Assembly (NCBI GenBank): GCA_902805585.1
Contig: CADCTO010000001.1
Location: 1 to 50,194, forward strand
DNA: 50,194 nucleotides
Direction of reading: 5' to 3'
Source of the DNA: an uncultured Armatimonadetes bacterium
Lineage (GTDB): Bacteria > Armatimonadota > Armatimonadia > Armatimonadales > Armatimonadaceae
Each line of letters begins with the position of its first letter. Positions within the stretch are counted from its first letter, which is position 1. This document shows positions 43,885 to 50,194 of the stretch, one piece after another. Below the pieces are notes generated by a model. It had not been told where the DNA came from. It did no database searches and worked only from the letters and a program-made list of their open reading frames with translations. Position numbers and translations under genes: made by a program.

Positions 43885-45402
43885 GTGATGGACGCTGACG
43901 AGGGAGCCGCCACCGGGACCGTGCCGCGCCGGAGCTTACTGCGACGCGCCCTCCTCGCCCTGGGCTTTTTCGTCCTTTCGGTGTCCGCCGGGGGCGCCGT
44001 CGTCGGCACGTTCGGGACCTGGACCTACCACTGGCGCGCCTTCGAAGTCCAGGTGGGCGTCGGGCCCGCGCTGCGGGGTCAGACCCGGTTGATCTTCACG
44101 CCGCTGGGCGAAGTCCACGCCCCGACCCATCCGACGCCGGTCGCCCTCAAAGTCAGCCTCCGCGGCATCGCGTTCGACGAGATGAAGCGGCTGGTCATCG
44201 AGCCGCCGCCGCGCCCGGAACTGGAACGCGACTTTCGACAGGCGCTCCTGCGAAGCGGGCGCGATTTTTTCCTGAGGCAGATCGCGCTCGGGGCGGCCGG
44301 CGCGCTTCTGGTCCCGCTCCTGCTGCGCGTCTGGCGGGCGCGCTATTGGTTCGCGGCGGCCGCGTGCGGCGGCGGATTCGCGGCCCTGGTGCTCTGGGGC
44401 ACGCTGCACACGTTCGAGCCGCGCGCCTTCCGCAGCCCCACGTATACCGGTTCGCTCCAGCAGGCGCAGTGGATCATCACGCTGGTGGGGGACGCCGCCA
44501 CCAACCGGGAGGCGCTGGGGAGCAAGCTGCGCAACGTGGCCGGCAACCTGAGCGTCCTGTACGGCCGCATCAACGCCGGCGGCGAGCCGAGCGAGAACGG
44601 CGACACCCTGCGGGTGCTGCACATCTCCGACATCCACAACAACCCCGCCGCCGTCGATTTCGTCCGCGACCTCACCGACCGCATTCCCGTCGATCTGGTG
44701 CTCGACACCGGCGACCTGACCGACTTCGGCACGCCCCTGGAGAACCAGCTCTCGCGCGGCCTGACGCGGCTCAACGTTCCGTACGTGTTCGTGGCGGGTA
44801 ACCACGATTCCGAGGCGACGGTCCGGGCGCTGCGGGCGAGTCCCGGCGTGGTGGTCCTGGACGGCGGCGGCGGGCCGGTCACGGTCGCCGGGCTGTCGCT
44901 CCTGGGCGCGCCGGACCCCAGTTCCGCCCGCCCGGGGGCAGGGAGCGTGAACACGGGACCCGAAGCCCTGCGCGCTTCGGGGGAGGCGCTGCTCGCCCGC
45001 TACCGGAGCGCCGCCGTCGCCCCCGACATCGTGTGCGTCCACAACCCCCGGCAGGCCGAGCCGCTCCTGGGCGTTGCCCGCCTCGTGTTGTGCGGCCACA
45101 TGCACGCCGCCTCCATCACCGAGGAGCGCGGCACCGTCGTCTGCAACGCGGGCACCACGGGCGCGGCGGGCGCCCGCTACTTCGACAAGCCGGGCGGCGT
45201 CCCGTTCTCCGCCGCGCTGCTGCACTTCACGCGCGGCCCGTCGCCGCGCCTCCTGTTCATCGACCAGGTGGTCCTCGACGGCTCGCTCCGCCAGTACTCC
45301 ATCACCCGCCGCACTTTCGACGCGCCCGCACCCTCCACAAATACCGACGCGGCCGCGCTCCCGGTGAGCGCGGCCGCGTCGGGACCACCCACGCCCCGCT
45401 GA
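43885..45402 (+). CDS. membrane-anchored metallophosphoesterase
   Basis: N-terminal TM segments, then 'LRVLHISDIHNN', 'VLDTGDLTDFG', 'VFVAGNHDS' and 'VLCGHMH'. Confidence 0.8.
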   Translation: MMDADEGAATGTVPRRSLLRRALLALGFFVLSVSAGGAVVGTFGTWTYHWRAFEVQVGVGPALRGQTRLIFTPLGEVHAPTHPTPVALKVSLRGIAFDEMKRLVIEPPPRPELERDFRQALLRSGRDFFLRQIALGAAGALLVPLLLRVWRARYWFAAAACGGGFAALVLWGTLHTFEPRAFRSPTYTGSLQQAQWIITLVGDAATNREALGSKLRNVAGNLSVLYGRINAGGEPSENGDTLRVLHISDIHNNPAAVDFVRDLTDRIPVDLVLDTGDLTDFGTPLENQLSRGLTRLNVPYVFVAGNHDSEATVRALRASPGVVVLDGGGGPVTVAGLSLLGAPDPSSARPGAGSVNTGPEALRASGEALLARYRSAAVAPDIVCVHNPRQAEPLLGVARLVLCGHMHAASITEERGTVVCNAGTTGAAGARYFDKPGGVPFSAALLHFTRGPSPRLLFIDQVVLDGSLRQYSITRRTFDAPAPSTNTDAAALPVSAAASGPPTPR

Positions 45403-45409
45403 TCCGGGG

Positions 45410-45955
45410 CTACTTCTTCGGCACGAACTTGAGGGCGGCGGAGTTCATGCAGTAGCGCAGGCCCGTCGGCCTGGGGCCGTCGTCGAAGACGTGCCCGAGG
45501 TGCGCGTCGCACCGCGCGCACAGCACCTCGGTACGCGTCATGAACATGCTCCGGTCCACCTCGGTGTGCACGTTCTCGCGCGCGATCGGCTGGTAGAAGC
45601 TGGGCCAGCCCGTTCCCGAGTCGTACTTGGCGTCCGACGAGAACAGCGGCAGCCCGCAGCAGACGCATTCGTACGTCCCCGTGCGCTTGGTGGCGTGGTA
45701 CGCGTTCAGGAACGGGGGCTCGGTGCCCTTCTGGCGCGTCACGCGGAACTGCATCGTGCTGAGCTGCTTGCGCCATTCGCGGTCGGTCTTCACGACCTTG
45801 GGGCCGATCTTGGCTTGCGTCTCGCCGGCGGCGGACGCGGACGCGTCGGCCGGTTTTCCGGGGGCGGCATCCTGCGCCCGGACGGCAAACGTGGCGGCCA
45901 CGCCGAAGGCGGCCAGAGACGCCAGCGCCAGCACGCCCCGATGTAGTTTCTTCAT
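45410..45955 (-). CDS. msrB: peptide-methionine (R)-S-oxide reductase with signal peptide
   Basis: Signal '[27 protein letters not shown]', '[28 protein letters not shown]', '[16 protein letters not shown]' and 'RYCMNS' (catalytic Cys, not Sec). GGAGG SD. Confidence 0.9.
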   Translation of the reverse strand: MKKLHRGVLALASLAAFGVAATFAVRAQDAAPGKPADASASAAGETQAKIGPKVVKTDREWRKQLSTMQFRVTRQKGTEPPFLNAYHATKRTGTYECVCCGLPLFSSDAKYDSGTGWPSFYQPIARENVHTEVDRSMFMTRTEVLCARCDAHLGHVFDDGPRPTGLRYCMNSAALKFVPKK

Positions 45956-45977
45956 GCTTTTTCTCGCCTCCGTCGTG

Positions 45978-48029
45978 TCAGTTTCCGGGCGCCGCGCCGG
46001 CGACCGGCGCGCGCAGGGTCAGGTTCGTGCCGCCGCCGTCGGCCACGGTGTAGGGCGCGCGGAACCGCAGGGTCTTGAGTTTGCAGACCGTTTCGGCCTC
46101 CGAACAGTAGAAGACCGTGGCCGTGACGAGCGCCGCGCCCGAAGTGCCGACCGCGCCGCTCGTGAACGGGAGGCGGAGCGGGAGGGTGAACTCGCTGGAG
46201 GGGACGGTGTTGCGGGCGAGTGCGAGCCCCTGGCCCTCGACGCGCGCCTCGACGCGCTGCGGCGACCCGGGGTTCAGCTTGTGCCGCGCCGGCAGAACCA
46301 CGTCCAGCACCAGCTCGCCGCGCGCGTTCGGCGCGAGCGTCGCGGCGGGGAGCGTGATCGTGTCTTTGCCCGCCGCTATGGGGCGCACGGGCCGCTCGGG
46401 TTCGGCCGGAAGCGCGGCGGGCAGGTTCTTCAGAGCGAGCGTCGTGGCGGTTCTGGTCGCGACATCCACGACGCGGACGCGGTGGTTGTTCGTGTCGGCC
46501 ACGTAGAGCTTACCGCCCGCATGGCTCAGGCCGCCGGGCTCATAGAACTGCGCCTGCTTGCCGTCCCGGCTGCCCTGCCCGCCGCCGAGCCACGTCTGCG
46601 TCCTGCCGGTCGCCGGTTCGATGGTCTTGATCTTGTGGTTATAGGTGTCGGCGACGTACAGGACGCCGTTCACGTACTCCACGCCCAGCGGGTGCTGGAG
46701 CCGCACCGAAAGCCCGGTCCCGTCCCGGTCGCCGAAGTCGAACAGGTCGCCCCCCGCCAGCGTCCGCACTTTGTCGCCGGTTTGGGGCAGGTCCACCGCC
46801 CGTATCGCGCTGATCTCGCTGTCGGCGATGAAGAGCGTCTTCCCGTCCGTCGCCAGCCCCGACGGCTGCGCGAAGGCGGCCGCCGCACGGCTGCCGTCGG
46901 TGCGCGCCTCCCGACCCGATCCGGCGAACACACCCACACGTCCGGAGGAAAGGTCCATCGCCCAGATCTGGTGCGGCCCGGCCATGGCGATGTAGAGCGT
47001 GTCGCCCAGGAGGAGCAGGTCCCAGGGCGACGCCAGCGCGGCGCGGGTCCCCCGGCCTCCCGTGCTGCGCCACGGCGCCTGCCGCCCCGTCCCGGCGATC
47101 GTCTTCACGATGCCCGTCTTCAGGTCCAGCGCGCGGATGGAATGGTTGTTGGTGTCGGCGACGAGCAGCGTGGGCGCCCCGTCCGGCCCTTTCCGGAGCG
47201 CCATGCCCTGCGGGTTCCGGAAGGTCGCGCGGTCGAACGGGCCATCTTCCAGGCCCGCCACGCCCGTCCCGGCGACCGCATGGACGTTCCCCTCCAGGTC
47301 GGCGATCACGATGCGGTTGTGGTTCGAGTCCGCCACGAACAACCGCCCGAGGGCCGCGTCGGCGAGCACCTTGCCGGGGTACCAGAGCGGCGTCGCGGGC
47401 GTTTTGGCCGCCTCCAGCGCGAACCGCACCGGCGTCGCGTTCAGCTTACCTGCGGCACGGAACTCGCGGGCGACCTTGCCGATGGTCTGGTCGAGCACGT
47501 TGTAGTTGCCCTCGCCCGATACCGCGCCGACCACGTTGCCGGCCGGGTCGATCAGCACGAACGTCGGCCACGCGTTGACGCCATACGCCTGCCACATCTT
47601 CATGCCCACGTCGTTCAGGATCGGGTGCTCGATGTTGTAGCGGAGCAAAGCGTTCTTGATGTTGGGCGTCTCGTCCTCGTTGTCGAACTTGGCCGAATGC
47701 ACGCCGATGACGACCAGCTCTTTGGCGTACTTGCGCTCCAGCCGCTTGAGGTCCGGCAGGATGTGCATGCAGTTGATGCACCCGTAGGTCCAGAAGTCCA
47801 GCAGAACCAAATGTCCCTTCAGCCCCCGGAGCGACAGCGGCCTGCCACCGGTGTTCAGCCACACCGACGGGTCCTGCGGGAACTCCGGGGCGGGCGGCCC
47901 GCCCGACGGCGACTGCGCCGATGCGGGCGATCCGGCGGAAAGCAGGGTGGCAGCCAGCGGCGGCGAGAGCAGGGAGAGCGCCAGCGTCAACCGCTGGCGG
48001 CGCATGCGCGTGAAGGAGTCGGATTCCAT
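45978..48029 (-). CDS. secreted thioredoxin-like (redoxin) domain fused to an NHL-repeat beta-propeller
   Basis: '[15 protein letters not shown]' CxxC motif and '[11 protein letters not shown]', followed by repeated 'ADSNHNRIV', 'ADTNNHSIR', 'ADTYNHKIK' and 'ADTNNHRVR' NHL blades. Signal peptide present. An alternative ATG lies at 48005. Confidence 0.85.
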   Translation of the reverse strand: MESDSFTRMRRQRLTLALSLLSPPLAATLLSAGSPASAQSPSGGPPAPEFPQDPSVWLNTGGRPLSLRGLKGHLVLLDFWTYGCINCMHILPDLKRLERKYAKELVVIGVHSAKFDNEDETPNIKNALLRYNIEHPILNDVGMKMWQAYGVNAWPTFVLIDPAGNVVGAVSGEGNYNVLDQTIGKVAREFRAAGKLNATPVRFALEAAKTPATPLWYPGKVLADAALGRLFVADSNHNRIVIADLEGNVHAVAGTGVAGLEDGPFDRATFRNPQGMALRKGPDGAPTLLVADTNNHSIRALDLKTGIVKTIAGTGRQAPWRSTGGRGTRAALASPWDLLLLGDTLYIAMAGPHQIWAMDLSSGRVGVFAGSGREARTDGSRAAAAFAQPSGLATDGKTLFIADSEISAIRAVDLPQTGDKVRTLAGGDLFDFGDRDGTGLSVRLQHPLGVEYVNGVLYVADTYNHKIKTIEPATGRTQTWLGGGQGSRDGKQAQFYEPGGLSHAGGKLYVADTNNHRVRVVDVATRTATTLALKNLPAALPAEPERPVRPIAAGKDTITLPAATLAPNARGELVLDVVLPARHKLNPGSPQRVEARVEGQGLALARNTVPSSEFTLPLRLPFTSGAVGTSGAALVTATVFYCSEAETVCKLKTLRFRAPYTVADGGGTNLTLRAPVAGAAPGN

Positions 48030-48092
48030 GTCCCTTATAACGACCAGGCGAGGGCGCGAGTTCCCGGGCGGGCCGGGAGTGACGGGAAGCGC

Positions 48093-48098
48093 TATAAT
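48093..48098 (+). promoter_or_regulatory. TATAAT box 6 nt upstream of the ankyrin gene ATG (leaderless configuration)
   Basis: gcTATAATgaaggcATG. No clear -35 element. Confidence 0.35.
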
Positions 48099-48104
48099 GA
48101 AGGC

Positions 48105-48788
48105 ATGTGGGCGTGGGACGGATTCGTGGAGGCCGCGGCGCGGCGGGCCCGGAAACGAGAGCGCGAGGCGCTGTACGAGCGGCTCTCGGACGCCATCATA
48201 GGCGGCGACCGTGACGCCGTCGTTGCCTTTCTGGACGCGGGCGCGGAACCCGGCGGGGCGAAGGCGGAAAACGGGATGACCATGCTGATGTACGCGGCCT
48301 ACGGCGGGCGCGCCGAGGCGGCCCGCCTGCTGCTGGGTCGGGGGGCGGACCCCAACGCCGCCACGGCAAGCGGATTAACCGCGCTGATGTACGCCCAGCA
48401 GAGCTTCGACGGGCACCCGGACGCGGTACGGGTGCTGCTGGAGCATGGCGCCGACCCAAACGCCGCGACCGACGACGGCTGGACGGCACTGATGATGGCC
48501 GCGACTTCGGATTCCCACCTCGAAGCCGCCCGCGCTCTGCTCGACGGTGGCGCGGGCGTGAACCGACGGGATTCCTGCGACGCGCGGCGTCTGACCTCCG
48601 GCATGACCGCGCTCATGTGGGCGGCTTCGCTGGGGTGCGGGCGCACCGTCGCTCTGCTCGTGGAGCGGGGCGCGGACGTGGACCTCGTGGACGGCGAAGG
48701 ATTAACAGCACTGGACATGGCACTCCGGGGCCTTGGCAATCCCCGCGAAAACATCATCAACGTGCTCCGGCGCGGGGGTGCGGTCTGA
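48105..48788 (+). CDS. ankyrin repeat protein
   Basis: 227 aa with repeats 'GMTMLMYAAYGGRAEAARLLLGRGADPNA', 'GLTALMYA...VRVLLEHGADPNA', 'GWTALMMAA...ARALLDGGAGVN' and 'GMTALMWAASLGCGRTVALLVERGADVD'. Confidence 0.85.
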   Translation: MWAWDGFVEAAARRARKREREALYERLSDAIIGGDRDAVVAFLDAGAEPGGAKAENGMTMLMYAAYGGRAEAARLLLGRGADPNAATASGLTALMYAQQSFDGHPDAVRVLLEHGADPNAATDDGWTALMMAATSDSHLEAARALLDGGAGVNRRDSCDARRLTSGMTALMWAASLGCGRTVALLVERGADVDLVDGEGLTALDMALRGLGNPRENIINVLRRGGAV

Positions 48789-48793
48789 GCTTG

Positions 48794-48816
48794 GCACCGC
48801 GCCGGGAGCGCGGTGC
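48794..48816 (+). terminator. 9-bp GC hairpin 5 nt after the ankyrin gene stop
   Basis: gcaccgcgc (48794-48802), loop cggga, gcgcggtgc (48808-48816). No U-tract. Confidence 0.4.
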
Positions 48817-48980
48817 ACGGCCCAGCGCACCCGCCGGCTACTCCTGATCGTCCGTCGCGCGCCGCCGGTACAATGATACGGGAATAACGCTCATGGGAGC
48901 GAGCGGCGAAAAAGCCTGCGGCAGGTACCGGCGCACCATTCGGGCGTCTCCGCCGCCGGTCGAAAGGACAAGGTTCGACG

Positions 48981-49160
48981 ATGCAACAGCGGCCCGCGAA
49001 GCGCGGAGGCTCACCTCTTCTTCTGATTCTGGCGGTGCTGCTCCTGGTCGGCATGCTCGCCGTCGTCAACCGGATGAGCCGGCAGAACGCGACCACGTAC
49101 GAGGCCCACGACCACAACCGCGACGGCAGACCCGATCACGGAGCCGACGCGCACCGCTAA
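48981..49160 (+). CDS. possible small membrane protein (59 aa, below the ORF-track cutoff)
   Basis: My own translation: MQQRPAKRGGSPLLLILAVLLLVGMLAVVNRMSRQNATTYEAHDHNRDGRPDHGADAHR, ending at TAA 49158-49160. AAGGA lies upstream, there is one TM helix, and third positions are GC-rich. Confidence 0.4.
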   Translation: MQQRPAKRGGSPLLLILAVLLLVGMLAVVNRMSRQNATTYEAHDHNRDGRPDHGADAHR

Positions 49161-49204
49161 CGGGCTTCCTTCCGGAGTCGGTGAGCGCCGAGCAGAGGGC
49201 ATGT

Positions 49205-50050
49205 CTACTCCGAGCGTTTTCGGAGGCGCGCCAGCAGTTCGTCGCGGCGGTGCTGGTACTCGTCGCGTGCTCGCCGGTACCCGCCCGCCTTCGAGAGTGC
49301 ACTGGCGGTTGCCGCGATGACGCCGCCGATACCGACGACGCCGAACAGGAGGAAGAACGAGGGCGCTTCGTGGGATCTCGCCATCGAGATCCAGAAGATC
49401 AGGAAGCCGATTGCGAGCAACCCCATCACGATAGTGCCCGCGTCCGCCAGTTCGCCCTCGGGGTAGCTGGTGCCGTGTTTGCCGTGCGTCGCGTACCGCT
49501 CGCGCTCGATGAGCCACTCCCGATCCAGCCGCTCCAGTTCGTTCTGTAGCTGGAGCCGCTGCAGTTCGCCCCGTAGCGCGGCGACCTCCGCGCCGCCCGG
49601 CTCCGGAACGGTCAGAACTCGCTCTTTGGCGCGGGCGAACTCCTCCTCGTTGAGCACGCCGCTGGCGCGGAGTTCCTGGAGCTGCCGGATCTGCTCGGCC
49701 TGCCCGCGCGGAGCCTGTGCCTCGGCGTGGCGCGCCTCCGCCTCCGCCCGCCGCGCCTCGGCTTCGGCCAGGCGGGTCGAGCTGTCGAGCCGCTCCCGGG
49801 CCGCTTCCAGGGCTGCCCGCTGCTTCTCCTCGGCCCGTTGCGCCCGTACCTGCTCCAGCAGGCGCACGGCTTCGGCGGGGCTGACATCCAGCCCTTCGGC
49901 CACATCCGCGACCGAGGGCAGCGCGTCGACGCCTTCGCGCTCGCTACGCTCCCGCGACCACAGAGCCACCACGGCCCGCATCTCCTCGGGCGTCACGCGT
50001 TGGGCCCGGAGCGCTTGTTGCGTCTCGAGCTGCTGCTGCTGCTGGTTCAT
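49205..50050 (-). CDS. SHOCT-domain membrane protein
   Basis: 281 aa with a coiled-coil N-half, 'LQELRASGVLNEEEFARAKERVL' (SHOCT-like) and two C-terminal TM helices ('GTIVMGLLAIGFLIFWI' and 'FFLLFGVVGIGGVIAATA'). Confidence 0.65.
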   Translation of the reverse strand: MNQQQQQLETQQALRAQRVTPEEMRAVVALWSRERSEREGVDALPSVADVAEGLDVSPAEAVRLLEQVRAQRAEEKQRAALEAARERLDSSTRLAEAEARRAEAEARHAEAQAPRGQAEQIRQLQELRASGVLNEEEFARAKERVLTVPEPGGAEVAALRGELQRLQLQNELERLDREWLIERERYATHGKHGTSYPEGELADAGTIVMGLLAIGFLIFWISMARSHEAPSFFLLFGVVGIGGVIAATASALSKAGGYRRARDEYQHRRDELLARLRKRSE

Positions 50051-50194
50051 GATCTCCCGGGCCGAGCGAGGAAAACGCGGGCGCGGCCTGTGACGGCACG
50101 ATTCCCGAGAAGGGTGCCGGAATCCTGCATCGCGACGGGGGCGAGCAGGTAAGCGGCGCCCTTCGTCGAAATGGTAGGCTATGCGGCTCTCGTT

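Noticed and set aside
45410-45955. MsrB as a possible second selenoprotein, since some MsrB enzymes use Sec.
   Set aside because: The ORF is uninterrupted and the catalytic position is Cys ('RYCMNS').
48893-49549. A 218-aa ORF starting 19 nt after a TACAAT box (48869-48874).
   Set aside because: It runs antisense through the well-supported SHOCT gene and translates to Arg/Asp-rich low-complexity sequence. The 59-aa ORF in another frame is the more plausible gene in the gap.

Overview
Very GC-rich chromosomal segment (about 70% by eye, not computed) with roughly 44 tightly packed protein-coding genes on both strands. I recognised no rRNA, tRNA, CRISPR array, transposase or integrase. The gene content suggests an Armatimonadota/Planctomycetota-like bacterium (inference only): an HXXSHH/DUF1552 plus DUF1592-type cytochrome-c pair, an H-X9-DG pseudopilin with an '[14 protein letters not shown]' N-terminus, futalosine-route menaquinone genes and DUF512. 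Gene order, left to right: fabI tail, dinG, hypothetical, SMP-30 lactonase, prc, LOG, the DUF1552/DUF1592 pair, dusB, FtsX-type ABC pair, pseudopilin + PepSY, flavoprotein disulfide reductase, a thioredoxin-fold gene interrupted by one in-frame TGA, DUF3616 and a membrane protein. Next comes a menaquinone block (UbiD-like, NUDIX, UbiX, UbiA-like, MqnA, SGNH hydrolase). Then a CheY-like regulator module, PhoU-like, DUF512, a small secreted protein, a TPR protein, a methyltransferase-GNAT-methyltransferase operon divergent from a 1035-aa SARP/BTAD-STAND regulator, and a TetR-HlyD-ABC-ABC2 efflux operon. The window ends with LuxR, a metallophosphoesterase, msrB + Trx-NHL, an ankyrin protein and a SHOCT membrane protein. 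The strongest lead is a candidate selenoprotein. Two same-frame ORFs (18163-18498 and 18523-19503) are separated by a single UGA at the redox-motif position of a thioredoxin fold, and a perfect SECIS-like hairpin starts 10 nt downstream. Other observations: a NUDIX gene translationally coupled between the UbiD-like and UbiX genes; two large composite palindromes (11070-11244 and 25191-25283); unusually long perfect GC hairpins without U-tracts just after stop codons; several near-consensus promoters placed so that transcripts would be leaderless; phased GTTATC repeats in the SARP divergent promoter; and a perfect 14-bp TetR operator. All functional calls come from motif recognition by eye. No database search was run.
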